Position numbers and translations under genes: made by a program. Source: Bugula neritina (lineage: Eukaryota; Animalia; Bryozoa). From it: a DNA stretch of 64,000 bases. The stretch spans positions 11,046,581 to 11,110,580 of the forward strand of contig OZ037767.1 of NCBI GenBank assembly GCA_964035545.1, in the 5' to 3' direction. Positions 1 through 15,400 of the stretch are shown here, piece after piece. Position 1 is the stretch's first letter, and each line of letters starts with the position of its first letter. The notes beneath the pieces are model-generated. The model was not told the DNA's origin. It made no database searches and saw nothing but the letters and a program-made list of their open reading frames with translations.

Positions 1-413
1 ACCTCTACAAAGAAGCTTTTTACTTTCACAAAGTTGCTAATATATAACGAAAAAATGAACTGTATATTCAGCACATAGAAACAAATAAGTATTTCATTGA
101 TTGTAAACTGCTATCACTTCTCATCCCTTAGTCATTTATTTAATACACTAATAAACATATTAATGTTACAAAATTTAATATATCATAGCAGCTAGTTTGC
201 TGATACCGCAAAAATTGTTTTCATTTTGGTCTCATCATATATCTCCAACCATATCTATACTTAGCCTTTTTGCCAACTACAAGTTTGATATACTATGTAA
301 TATTAGCATACAGTTAACAAATATAATTCTAATATATTCTGTTATACTTCTAAACTGCATTTCCTTGCACATATAGTATATTCTTATTCGTTAACTACTT
401 GACTCACTCACAG

Positions 414-3400
414 GTTCACTGAAATCCTGCCGACTCAAGTTTTCAGCTCTAGTCAAAGTCTAGTCGAGGTCAAGGACAACTTAGCCTGTGCTTCTACTAT
501 TGGCAGAATACCTGGTCAAAGTCAAGTGTTGTCACTGGCACCTGGGTGTCTTGTGGTAGGTGCAAAGGCTACTTTTGACATTCTTTATACAAACGCTCTA
601 AAACTTGCATCTACATTCTACACACTCTACACAGTAGGCCTATGTTTACATATACACATACACCTCAACAACCACATATGAAAATTAAAACTTTACAATA
701 ATTTTTGACCACAAATATATTTTGGTAAAAAGTATAATCTTGAAAGGCTCATAGCATCAAATTAAAGTCTTATGATTAAATGTCAATGTAACTACAGATT
801 ATATTTCAACTAAAAATTTAAAATTTCTTTTTTAACTCTATGCTTTTATTTTGCAGACTGGGACAATACAGCATGAGTTTCTGCATTCGCTCGGCTTCGG
901 GCACGAGCATGAAAGACCTGACAGAGATAACTTTGTAGCCATAAATTCTAAGTACATACAGCAGGAGTATATTCGAAACTTTGACAAAGAGCCCTACCCC
1001 ACATATTCTACAAACATAGCTTATGATCTGTCTTCTATCATGCACTATTCTCAGAACGTATGTAGGCCTTTGATAATATACTAAACTTACTCTAGAGTCT
1101 AGACTCCTGGCCATGTTCAACTTATTTATGTAATAGATAGTAATAATTTGTGTCTTTAACAGCGGGACTGAGTTCTTTTGATATCAAATAGCCTAGCAAT
1201 GTGGGGTGTATCCTTATCTACCCTACCTGCAGATCAACTTTTGACAAGGGAATGTTAGAGCTCAGCTTTTCTGTTCACCATGATTTTATTAACATGTTCT
1301 TATGTCAAATACTCTTCAAGTTAATTTAACTGCATGGGCGTATACTTTCATCTATAATTATTTCATACTTCTATCATCTATACAGATAGATTTCGATATA
1401 ATATTTAGAAGGGACTCTATAATACTATAACACTTTACCGTATACTATATAATACTAAACTATCATATTCCAGTGATGCAATGCAATATATTAATATATT
1501 ACTGTATTGCACTATACTACATTAAGTTACAGTAGTAAGTTATACTGTATAATAACCATGCATGCATGTACTTTAAACAGCTGCTGCTTTATAATTATTG
1601 TAATGGTTATCATGCATACATACTTTAAACAACTGATGCCTTGATTGTTAAACAAATTAATATATGCCTCTCATTACAGCAATTCAGTATAGACCTAGGA
1701 TCTAACACCATAGAGGTAACCGACCCCTACCTTGCCATCAGTGCCCTAGATGTAGGGCAGAGAATAGGCTTTTCCTGGCTGGATGAGGTGGCAATGAATC
1801 AGTACTACAACTGTGAGAAGGATTGCACCATGAACTGCAAAAATGGTGGATATGTGAGAAAACTGTCATCTGGTATCTGCCAATGCTTCTGCCCTCCTGG
1901 TTTGAGTATGTGTACTGCTATCTGGAAATACTAGCAAAACATAACATGTTTTCTATATAGAGACAAGAGTGAAATTGTAGTTCTGAATAGCCTTTGCTTT
2001 AGTAAAACTTGTAACACAAAAATTATACAACTACAGCATAAAGCCACTACATTTCAAACCAGCAAATACCAAACCCATCTCAAACTAACCAAAGAGTATG
2101 AACACAAGACATACAGAAATCTGCACTTAGATGTATATTTCCTGCTAGTCCAAACTAACTTTTATGTAAGTAGTTATCTGCATGCAGTCCTACGAGCTTC
2201 GATCCTTTGTCATATCACTCCAGCATATATGACCTACATAGAAACAATTGAAGTTTAACTTTAGGAACCAGAATTGACAGAGAGAGCTTAATTTCAAGTT
2301 TTCTGACGTGTAGCTCAATAAAAACTGCAAAAAAAGATTGTTTTTAATAGTTCAGATTGCAAACAATTTGCTATTTTAACTGTTCTTCCTTATCACATTA
2401 GCATAATATGTATATGCTACTGGGCCTCAACAAATTCTTTATTCGAATTGGCTTCTCTCATTTCTCTAGTCATGGCTACTGTTTCCACGATCTATTCTGT
2501 CATATCTAGCTCATGGGTTTTCAGGCTTTATGTTTCGACATCTTTCTCTTGAAACATCTATTTCTGTATTTCCATGAATCCTCAAAAAGCAATTGTTAAA
2601 GCCATATTTCATAATCAAAGTTGCTTATAGTGCTTCGAATGGATTTGAAACTGTTCATTTACAGAACATTGTTGGTGAGGAAATAGTATTACCATCATTA
2701 TCCAGTCAGGTGTTGTTATTTCTTTAGTTTTTGCACTAGAAATTCTATAGAAATTAGTAACTGCAAATTACCCATAACATAGTGCTTATGAGTCATAAGC
2801 AGCAATTAATATGATTATACTAATTGCTTAACTTGACATGACATTAGGGCGCTAATGAAGTGGTGCTGTTTTATGTATAGTGTGAAACTGTGTGGCAGGT
2901 GCCTGTTGTGTAGTAAAGCTAACTGGATGACAAAGTTAGTAATTATGAGTTGGAGTGACTAATAAACATTATTACTATCTGTTTATACGTGATGGTACTT
3001 TTGGTTGCCTATGAATTTGCTAGCAGTTTACATAAGGAAGTTACTGTTTACTGGATTTCTGATGTTGTATCAAATCATAACATTTGATAAATGTGATTAA
3101 CTAAAAATAGCAATTTCCAACATTTGATAGATGTCTGTTAGTCTATCCAAACTAATGATTTGGTATACACGAAAGCTTAGATTTGCATAAACTACAGTTT
3201 CACAATTTTTTTCAGCCTAACATTATTTTTTACAACCACGTAAACAAAAGTTCCAATAATGCGTAACCTAATTTGTAATTAAACTTCACTTTATACGATG
3301 AGAAATTTTCAAAATTGAAGAACCAATTAACCTAAAGATTGTCACATAGACTAACTTCATAACTTCGCTGATGCTCACAAATTTTTTATCACTCAGCCTT

Positions 3401-6400
3401 TTTAAAACTTATTTATAAACAAGTTTAAAATATGTTAATATTTCGTATAAGATATATAGATATAACTGCACACATTTATGGTTCTAGGGATTGTAATCCG
3501 AAATTTTATTTAGTTAATGTTCTACACCAAGAGCCATGCTGGCAGTCTATAGCCCTGAGTGATTAAATGGTGTGTTTTTAGGTTATCTTCCAGGCAATCT
3601 CTTGCATATACACTATATGCACTATATACACTATATACACTATATGCACTATATACACTATATACACTATATGCACTATATGCACTATATACACTATAAT
3701 ATACACTATACACACTATATACACTATATCTACACTATATACACTATATGCACTATATACACTATATACACCATATACACCATATACACTACCTCTATAA
3801 TACAGAATCTTATTGCATCTTATAATGGTCTGTAGGTGGAAGTACATGTGAAGAAGTTGTCAACCCTTGTGGGGAATATGTTGACTTATCATTAACAGAT
3901 GGGGAGAAAAACATCACCTCTCAAAGTATGTTATATTATTGCAGACCTACTATAGCTTGTCATAATATAAATATTACTATATACTTACCTCGAGGGCCAT
4001 ACTTACACTATACATACTGTTAGATCTATTATACTTACCTGAAAAACCCTGTTTATTGCATAAGCCACACCTTAAGAATTATACTTATATTATCTTGTTA
4101 TCAGACTTTGATGGAGTCGGGTCCTTTCTAAGTAATGATATCTGCTACTACTTCATAAAAGGACCGGGTTACATTGAATTGACCTTCACACACTTTGATA
4201 TAAAGTGTGACAACTCCTTAGAAGTCCGATCTTTTCACATTAGTCAACCAGCTCTTGGGTAAGTAGGTTAATGGATGCTAATAGCTTGAAGTCAATGAAA
4301 GTTGTAGAATCTAATTATGACACACCATCTGCTACTTCCATAACTTCACAAGGAAGTTGAAAGGTCACACAGCATGTTTTCAGCTTTGCTATGTGTGTGA
4401 GGGTTGGTTACATTGTTATACATTTTTAGCAGTCTTGGTAAACCAGCATGTCATTGCCAAGAAATCTACATAGTTTGTAACTAATAACCATGCCTAAATT
4501 TACAACAAATATTCTTAGCATAATTTCATGTGGGTTTATAGTCGCCATCCCTGTGAAAACCCCTGTTGGAAAGGGTTTTTTAAGTGTGCCAAGGACTTAT
4601 TTCTGTCGTGGCAAAAAAGAAATCATGACTGAATGCCTTTCCTGGCATCCCTAATGGCCGTTATTAGGATTTGAACCACTGACTTTGTGTTTACTAATTA
4701 GTCAATGCTTTAACCACCAGGTCATCCTGCACCCTACAGCATTATACATTTTGAAGCTTAGTGTAGTATTGCAATACTGAAATCATCCATAAACTATGCC
4801 CTAACTTCAATGAACTAGAGTGAGTATTTTGTAGACTGTGTGGAGACACAGAGCCAGCCCCTGTAAGGACTATGTACTCCCCCACCCCTGGTATGCTCAT
4901 GTTGATATATGATACAACTAAGGCCAATGAAAGGCAGAGAGGATGGTCCCTATCAGCTAAATCACACACTGATGCCTGTCTAGCTGATCCTTGCCATGGT
5001 GCTAAATGTACTCCAGTGTCTGGGTCAGACACCCAGTACAGATGTGACTATCCTGGTGAGTAAAATAGTTTGCAGTATAACCATGTTAATTGTAACATTC
5101 AAGTTACTGAAACACTATATGATAATAATCATGTTTAAAAAATTAGGAAGCAAGCACTGGTGATTTGCTAATATGCACATCTATATTATATTAAATACTG
5201 CTAGTTAGCTGAAAAGCCAAACTACTTATGTGAAGTTGCTTTCTCACAACAGAAAATGTCTCAATAAGCATTGCCAATATTAGTTTAGTTCTTATTTATT
5301 TACCATTACTTTTTATTACCTTCTCATGATTTACTGCCCATAATTGATTAAAACTGGAGTTGCCTTCTTACAGACATATTGACAAATGAGATGTTAGAAA
5401 TTTAGTTTATATGTCAGATATCGTACAGAATGACTATAAACATGATGAAGAAGTTGTTGGTATTCACCACCTCAATTGCTGGAAGATCTTTAGCTAAATT
5501 ATGATTCTACATTACTGCCTCTTCCTATTGGTGCAATCAGCTTTTCTGTTAGCCTAAAGTTATCAAACTAGTCTCAATATGCTTCGGTTTACTTCACACA
5601 CAACTTGCCCGTTGCCTTTGTGTTGCCACATTAGGCAGGATAAACTCTAGAAATTGAGTGTAAAAACCCATTCAAGTGTTGTAACAGAGAAATTTGAAAA
5701 AGTCTGGATTCTTAATGTCAATTTAACTTTTGGTTTGAGAGGGCAATGAAAATAGCAATAACAAAACTTTATTTGCAAGATCTCTCGTCTAAATTACTGA
5801 CTTCTTTTTGCAAATATCCCAGTTACTGCAACAGCCTCTATTTATACAGCCTTTCTACCAGGTTAGATACTCATGACACTTAATTAGATGTTATTGGTAG
5901 ACCACCCCATGCACTGCGAGTTTAACCAAGGAAGACTGGGAGCCTGCAACAGAGTCAAGTTTAACAAATACTACCAGCACGCAGATGACTTTCAGTTAGC
6001 ATGGCAGGTGGCCTCCAACAGCAACCCGCACATGCTCACCAGTACCGATGTGACTCACAGGCTACAGAGAGGAATAGCTAGCATTATACCTCACGACTTC
6101 ACTGGTGAAGTTTATAGTTCCCGGAACAATCTTAATATCTTGATTTGTTGTGACTTATTTGTTATTTGAAATAATTTTTAAGCATTTTTAAAAATATGAA
6201 TTTTACTGGTTTATTAGGTTAAAAACTTATTGTCTGAAAAACAGTATTTATAAAGTTACAATAAGTGGGAGAAGCTTACAATATAAATGGCTACCATATT
6301 ATGACAAAAACTTCTTATAATAATAATCAATTCTAAAATACGGAAATTGTCTTCCCATGACAAAACAAACTGTAATACACAAAATCAAACCATATTCTTA

Positions 6401-9400
6401 TTACGAACAAAATGATAAAACATAACAGGGTAACGAAATTCTATTTTGAAGTTACAGATTGTGAAAATACTTCTGATATTTTGTTTCAACTCATTGGGTT
6501 ATGGGAGTTGTGCTTTCATTTCAGGAAAGCAATGGTGCTTCAGCTTCAAGTACAGAATAAATGGTGATGATGATGCCACTATCAACCTGCATTTAGTGAG
6601 GAACAAGGAAATGGGGGCTGGAAGCATAGTTTATACAGATACGGATGACAGACTGTCTTTCTACTCCACACAAAATATTGACATTGATGGGCGTCAGTAC
6701 GCTGACTCAGATATGGTGGAGGTCAGCATAGCAGTCACAGTGGAATAGTAGAGTAGTCAGAGTAGTACTGTGTAGCAGTATTGTGTTGTAGCGCTGTGTG
6801 GTAGAGTCGAGTACCTACTGTATAGTATCACTGTGTATTAGTACTGTGTAGTATAGTAGTACTGTGTAATGGAGTAGTACTGTGTAGTAGAGTACTATAC
6901 TGTGTAATAGAGTAGTACTATGTAATAGAGTACTATAGAGTAATACGTATTATGATGATTTCAGTTGGTGTTTGAAGTGCTATACACAGATGTGGGACCC
7001 AGAATTGACACAGTTGATATTGACGATATTCATCTTATTCCTCAGCCATGTCCAGTCAGAACAGGTAGATCAGTAAATAAGTAACAAAACTCATTATGGG
7101 GACAAAATAAGAGCCTCCAGCTACCAATTTAATGTTCATTTTAGATCCATGCGCTTCGTTCCCTTGTGGAGACAGAGAATGCAGGAGTGTCAACAACGCT
7201 GCAGTTTGCACCTACCCAGACACAGATATCCACTGCGGCTTTGAGACGCATGAGAACGGTTGCCAGGCAGACGTTGAGTTCTTTGGAAAATTCCACTCGC
7301 ATGACGATTCTGATTGGACGTTATACAGCGGACAAACACTGACACCTGGCACTGGTAGGTTGCTATACAATATCAAGATGCTTCACCTGGCCTTTCTATA
7401 TTGTTTTAGAAAAACTGCTATATTGCATATGAACATGATTATTAGAAATTGTGTAAATTAGTGCTAGCTATCAAATGTGCCCAGTCAATGTATAGGTGTT
7501 ACATGGATGTCTATTAGATTTATATTGGCAATATGGTATGTTAGTGAGCAATCTTATAGAGTTCATTTTCTCGGAGCCTATTCCTGAAATTTAAAAAATC
7601 TGTGATATCATGAATATTGGCTAGTTTATAAATTCAACATGTTTATCAGCGAAATCCACTACTATGTCACTCACAGGTATTATATTCACTCACATGTATC
7701 ATATTACATTCACTCACAGGTATTATATTCACACACAGGTATTATATTATATTCACTCACAGGTATTAATTACATTCACTCACAGGTACTATATTCACTC
7801 ACAGGTACTATATTCACTCACAGGTATTATATTCACACACAGGTATTAATTATTCTATTCACACATAAATCACAGGTTTTCACCTAAAAGCTGCTTTTTT
7901 CAGGACCAGATGGAGCTGCTGTCGGTGACGGATATCTCTATGTAGAGTCAAATTTTCCTCCTGTTGCCATGGCAACATCAATAAGATCCTCCTACATTCG
8001 CCTGTCTCCACGGAAGTCAGCGGAAAGGTGTCTAGAGTTTCGCTACCACATGTTTGGCATTGCGTGAGTTGGTATAATGATACCCGTGTGCAGTGACAGT
8101 AGTTCATCTAGCAGATATATGCTTTTGTTTGTTTATAAAGTATTTCCAGCTATTTCATAGTATTGTCTCTAAATAAAGTATATGCAACGTTTTCTGATGG
8201 AACAATGGCTATTGCTCAAAACTTTTTCATTATTCGTTAATTTTTATAACAGTAAAGTAAAGCTGCCTGCAACATTTATCATAGATTAAAATACTTCCCT
8301 TACTTGAGTTTTGACTACTGATTTATTGAGGCTGTGCCTATTTCACAAAGAATAACTTCTAAATTAGTTCATATGCATGCATTTAAAGAACTAATGTGGA
8401 GTAAATTTACTAATTAAATAAATAGCATGCAAGGCTAATGTTTTAAGAAATTGCATTTAATAAAGTAAGTGGAGCAATTATACAAGCCACAACTGTGCAA
8501 TAATGGCATCTTCTTGTCATTGCTACTGTGTATAACTTACAGTTGCAAGACTTATAGTTTAGATAACTAGTATTAAGTATTCATTCTAAATTATATTAAA
8601 TATATGATTATAACCTGTGTGCCTGAGACCAATCAAGGAGGTAGATGACTAGATGCAGTAATGGAGAAATTGAAAAAACCCTGTGTTCTAGACTAAGAAT
8701 ATATAGCAGAAAAGGTTGTGCTCTCACAAACTTTCTATTTTTGCCCCAAACCAAAATTTAGTAACGAAATTAAAGAACTGAGGCTATTTCAGCTTCTTCA
8801 GCTGAGCAATGATTACATAGAATATGTATGTTTTAGAGTTGAAAGGCTAGAAGTACAAGTATCTATCTACGACTCCTTTGTACCAGGGATACGGCGTCTG
8901 TGGGTTGTTCATGGAAATCAGGGCAACCAGTGGAAATATGCACAGGTTGATGTAGATGTCAATGACCGGCTCGAAAATGTAAAAATACAGGTATGTTTAG
9001 CATTTTCTAACTGTTAAAATTATCTCTCCTCAATGCGTTACAAAATAAAAGTTTGCACAAGATCAGCAAATTCTTGTACCATTCAGTTAATATAGATCAA
9101 ACGGTTTTATTGAACAGTTATGGTAATTATTAGTAAGCATTGTGTGATTCCTTATAGACAATATGTCATACACTTTAAACATAATGTGCTAATATAAATT
9201 GTTTTCTTCAGCATCTTTTTCCCCATTGCTGTTTTGTCCATCTCTATATTACCCATTACTGTTATGTGCCCACTACTATTTCGTCCCATTATTATTTTGC
9301 CCCATTACTGTTTTGTCAAAAGCCCATTTCAACAAGCGCAACACTTTAATAGTAAAAAGAAATAAGCAAGTTAGTAAAGCATCTTTATGATATTATATGT

Positions 9401-12400
9401 TTTTAATAGAAGCTGTTTGATTAGTTTAATTACTGGTGGGTAAAACTATGCAAATGTCCTAAAGCCGTGTTACTAGACTAAATTATTTGCTTCGTTAAAT
9501 ATATAGTTTGGCACTGATGTACTAACCAAGACATAGTACATATAAGTAAGTTATAACCTTCAAAAATATTAATCTAGATTGATATAAAACTTTAAAAATA
9601 AAATAAGTTAGTTACTATAATTATGTGGCTATAAAAATAATGCAGGTGGAGATTATCGCTAAGGGCAGAAGTAAATTCTCAGATATAGCCGTAGATGACA
9701 TTCACCTCACTAAAGGACTTTGTGATCGTAGCCCAGGTAAGTGAAATGCTAAATAGTAAACTGCAGCTCATTTCAAATGGCTTCTTTACTATTAATGAGT
9801 TTATAGCTATTGATCAACATGTAAGAAATCTGGCAAACTCAGCTTGTGTTGTCAAATTAGCAAATAAGATACGTAAGAAACTAGTACACATACCTTAATA
9901 TTTCATAATAGGTATCACCAATTAACTTTCTTATTGTAGTGAATGGCAAATGGGCAGAATGGGGTGCATACAGTCAATGCTCGCATACATGTGGAACTGG
10001 AACCAAATCCAGAAACCGTTCATGTGTTCCTCCAGTAAATGGAGGTCTTAACTGTAGCGGTGAAAGCTTTGAAACAGCTAGTTGTGAGGTGGTTGCATGT
10101 GCCGTGAATGGTAAATTAACAGAATGGTCAGATTGGGGTACTTGTCCAGTAACTTGTGGTGGAGGCATGGCGTCAAGAAGCAGATTCTGTATACCTCCTG
10201 AAGGAGCAGGCTTGCCTTGCCCACCAGAAGAGCTTGAACAATCTGAAGTGTGTGGTAGCTCTCCGTGTCCAACACCTGGAAATTGGCAAGCTTGGGCATT
10301 ATGGGGGACTTGTTCAGTAACTGAATGCGGATTAAATGGACAACAAATCAGAGAAAGAGTCTGTGTTCTTACTCAACATAATGGATTGCCATGTTCTGGA
10401 GGCAGTAGAGAAAGCAGGTTTTGTAGTGGCCCTCCATGTATTCCAGTAGACAGTGTAACAGGAGAGTGGAGCAACTGGAGTGAATGCTCACTTGCATGTG
10501 GTGGCGGTCAGCGCCACAGATCCAGACTGTGTATTCTAGAGAGCATTAATGGAGGTTTAACATGTGAAGATGCAGGATTAACAAGCTCAGAAGCGTGTAA
10601 CACTAATATATGTTCAGAGAACGCAACTGTATCCTCTTGGAGTGAATGGACAGATTGCAGCCGTACATGTGGGACAGGAATTAGGACAAGACAACGAAAT
10701 TGTGTATCTGAGCAACAAAATGGTGGAAAAAGTTGCTTAGATTTTGGACTTTCTGAACAAGAAAACTGCAAAACAACAGATTGTCCAATAGATGGTCAAC
10801 TGTCTGATTGGACAAGTTGGTCTGGTTGTAGTAAAACTTGTGGGGAAGGTGGGGAAGTTACGAGAATGCGATCATGCTTAGTTGAAGCTCAAGATGAAGG
10901 AATTTCATGTGCTGAGCAAGGGCTAATTGAAGCAAAGTCATGTGATTTAAATGATATTACTGAATGCCTAATTGATGCAGTCTTGAGTTCTTGGAGTGAT
11001 TGGACACAGTGCCCAGTAACATGTGGAGGAGGAGAACAAAGCCGTATAAGAAAGTGTGACACTGAGGCATCAGGTGGGGGCAAATCATGCAGTGACTTTG
11101 ACCTAGAACAAAAAATAAACTGCAGCTCAAACCCATGTCCAATAGATGGAATACTTTCCCCATGGAGCACATGGACCGTATGCTCGGTAACATGTGGTGA
11201 AGGGAAGCGAGAAAGGAATCGAGTTTGTTCTTTAGCAAGGCATGGTGGTGTGTCATGCCTATCAGCAAATCTTATGGAGACAGAGCCTTGTTTGGTAAAA
11301 CCAGACTGTCCAATTGATGGAACTCTAACTCAGTGGACAAATTGGACCCCCTGCTCAACTTTTTGTGATGAAGGTAAGCAAACCCGATCTCGTAGCTGTA
11401 TTCCTGCTCAAAATGGAGGCAATGATTGTGGTGATGGCCTTCTAGCACAAACAAAGTCATGCATATTAGCCCCATGCCCAGTGGATGGAAAACTAACTGA
11501 ATGGACAGAATGGTCACAATGTTCCAAGTCGTGTGGTTCAGGTGACACCTTTAGAATTAGAACATGTATAGAGCCTAGGTATGGCGGACTTCCATGCGAT
11601 GAAGAACTAAATCAACAAAGTCAGTGTAATACGCATGTATGTAAAATTGATGGAGTTTGGAAGCCTTGGACATCTTGGGTCTGCTCAGTTACATGTGGTT
11701 CTGGTGTGGAGCAACGTCACCGAGAATGTAATGGCCCGTTTAATGGTGGAGACAATTGCATTGGCGATACACATCAAAGTAGGATGTGTCAAGCTGCACC
11801 TACGACTTGCCCCATAGATGCTATTGAAGAAAGTTGGGGTACATGGAGCTCGTGCTCAGCTACATGTGGCCAAGGTGTACAAGTAAGTAAAAGGACATGC
11901 ATACCACCTCAATTTGGTGGAATGGCTTGTGGATCATTGGAGAAAAATCAAACTTGTTTAGTAAGACACTGTCCTGTTAATGGCGTTCCATTACCATGGT
12001 CTTCTTGGGGACTGTGCTCTGTTTCATGTGGTTCTGGGACACATTCAAGAACTAGACAGTGTAGTGTGCCTCAGCATGGTGGTCTTAGCTGCAACGCTCA
12101 TTTGACAGAAACCAAGACATGCATTGGCATACTGCCATCTTGTACAACAACATATCATGCATGGATGGAGTGGACACCATGTAGTGCAAGCTGTGGGCCA
12201 TCAGGCACAAAAATTAGAAGAAGGAGTTGCCACGGAAATGCTCTATGTGATGGTGTAGACATAGTAGAAACAACTGACTGTAACCAAGAGATTATATGCC
12301 CACAAGATGGGTTCTACTTGGACTGGGCAGAATGGAGCCTATGTTCTGTAACCTGTGGTTCTGGTGCTCAGGTGAGACGACGACAATGCCAGCCACCTGT

Positions 12401-15400
12401 AGGAACAGGGAGCTCTTGCATTGGGGAAAATGAAGAAAGCAAAGTTTGTGTTAAAACATGTAAAGGTGAATATATTCTAATTGTACAAATTTTAGTTTAG
12501 TAAGCTGAGCCAATGATAACAATATTGTTACACCGGGATTTGTTATATTTTGGGAATACTATCAACTTGGTAGCTTATTACCTGTCATATTCTTTTATTC
12601 AGCCAACAGGGTTGATGTATCAATATGCTTTTGCCTAGAAACTAGCTGCAATGTTAGTATTAGTTTTTATCTTAATTGGTAGTATTTTTGTACCCATTAA
12701 GTTTTGTTACTTGTCTGTAAAAAAGCCGCAAAGCTTCTAGATTTTGATGTCAATATATATGGTGGTGCTCTAGAGTCCTAACGTACATGTGGTCTAAACA
12801 CTCATAATTGCAAACAAATGCACCCATTCTCCATGCCCTTGTGCCCTATACCATCTCTTTCCCCATAGTCTTGCTAATACACTCTCTTCTGTAATCATCA
12901 CATTTATAAGAATACTGATCACACCTATACCATACAGTTCCAATTCATCATTAAAGTGGTGCTCTCTATGCGTGCCAAAAGGAATAGCTGTTTAGTGATG
13001 ATTAAAAATTGTGACATAAAAATATTTCAATGCATAATCTATCAATAATCATAGTTGATGGCACATGGCAGAGCTGGAGCAACTGGGGTGCTTGTTCTAC
13101 AACTTGTGGTCCAGGGCTCATATCTCGTACACGGAGCTGTACACAGCCTTTGAATGGAGGTCAGAACTGTCCTGGGACAGGAGTTGATACAAAAATGTGT
13201 CCAAACAATCCCAGCTGTGCAACAAGTGAGGAACACTTTTAAAGAATTCTTGCCATATCCTTTATTTCATACATATTCCATCATTTGTAATGCCAAATAG
13301 CAATTAATTTAAGATATACCATTTATTTAAATAGATGGGTTTACACCATGGAGTGAATGGAGTGTTTGTACCACTTCAACATGTGGATCTGCAAATCCAA
13401 GAGCGTTTCAGACTAGACAAAGAAGGTGTAATGGGGTATGTAGGTTTGGAAGAACTTTTGAAATACAACAGTGCACTCCAGACTGCAATTCTTTGACAGG
13501 GACAACCACTACTCCTAGTGAATCTACTACTGGATCTTTAAATTCAAGTAGGTATATGTATTCCCAGGTATCAACATAATTAAAGCATTATTGCAAAACA
13601 TGTGTTTTTATATTAGAGTTTTATAATAACATATTGCACCGATTATTTTCTCACTATTAAAAATAATAATGTTATCAGGCTATTACTTGTCCATGCTTTA
13701 AAAACCTTAGCTATGCTACTATTTGCCAGAAAATTAGAGAACAAACAGACCTGAGTAAGTAAACTTTGAGTTGACAAACCACTTTTTCTTTGCACATTTT
13801 ATTTTAGATGGCCAGTGGGGTGAATGGACACAGTGGACTGGGTGTCAGCAACTGTGTAGTGGTCAACGCACTAGGACACGAGCATGCAATCTCTCTGCGC
13901 CTTCCTTTAGTGGACGGACATGCCCAGGCAATGCATCAATGCGTGAAGACTGCATTAATGACCCGAATTGCAATGGTAGACCAAATTATGTCATACTATA
14001 CTATCTTCTTTAACTTGATTTTAAATCATCATTGATTTTGGATTCAAAAAACACTTCAAGATTGCATTACCATGACTTTAGGTAGCCTTTATTCACTACA
14101 CTGCCAAGTCAGCCCTGGTAGTGCCGGTAGTGAAGTTAGTGTAGGAAGTGTAGGTAGCGCAGCTAGTGTAGGTAATGGAGATGGTGCAGTTAGTGTGTGT
14201 AATGGAGATAGTGCAGTTAGTGTAGGTAGTGCAGTTACTTTAGGAAGTGCAGCTGGTGTAGGTAATGTAGGTAGTGCAGTTAGTGTAGGAAGTTTAGCTA
14301 GTATAGGTAATGGAGGTAGTGCAGTTATTGTAGGTAGTGCAGTTAGTGTAGGAAGTTTAGCTAGTGTAGGTAATGGAGGTAGTGCAGTTATTGTAGGCAG
14401 TGCAGCTAGTGTAGGTAATGGAGGTAGTGCAGTTATTGTAGGTAGTGCAGTTACTTTAGGAAGTGCAGCTAGTATAGGTAATGGAGGTAGTGCAGTTACT
14501 TTAGGAAGTGCAGCTAGTATAGGTAATGGAGGTAGTGCAGTTATTGTAGGTAGTGCATCTGGTGTAGGAAGTTTAGCCAGTGTAGGTAATGGAGGTAGTG
14601 CAGTTATTGTAGGCAGTGCAGTTAGTGTAGGAAGTGTAGGTAGTGTAGGTAATAGAGGTAGTGCAGTTATTGTAGGCAGTGCAGCTAGTGTAGGTAATGG
14701 AGATAGTGAAGTTAGTGTAGGTAGTGCAGTTACTTTAGGAAGTGCAGCTGGTGTAGGTAATGGAGGTAGAGCAGTTATTGTAGGTAGTGCAGTTAGTGTA
14801 GGTAATAGAAGTAGTGCAGTTATTGTAGGCAGTGCAGCTAGTGTAGGTAATGGAGATAGTGAAGTTAGTGTAGGTAGTGCAGTTACTTTAGGAAATGCAG
14901 CTGGTGTAGGTAATGGAGGTAGTGTAGTTATTGTAGGTAGTGATCAAGAGCTTACGCCAAACTGCTAAGCAAGCTAATACTGAATCCACAAGCAACTCGC
15001 AAACATGTAATTGAGTTCAAAATTGGAACTTGCAGCATAAATTAGAACAAAAAATCGAAGTTGAAAGACCTTAAATCAAAATATATGCTTGAATTAAAAG
15101 TTTTAAAAGAATACTTCAAAATTAATTATGGTCTTCAGGCTTGATATAAGCAAAGACATAGCACAAAAACTGATCACGACTAAAATGAGCATGTTTAATA
15201 TATTTTCAATCGTCATATAGCATGCTATAAATAGAATAGTTTACCAATTCTAACTGTGACAATAGATTTAGTTGGAGCAAACAAGACCAAGTTATGTGAA
15301 GGGTTTGAAGAAGGTAGAAATCTCCGGAAGTATGGAGAGGCAATGCCCGTGACTAGTGACTTCAGCATCGCCAGTGGGCCGTCTAGGTCATACTTCAGTG

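Noticed and set aside
3522-3847. Tyr/His/Ser-rich ORFs on both strands
   Set aside because: Translations of a 9-bp intronic minisatellite.
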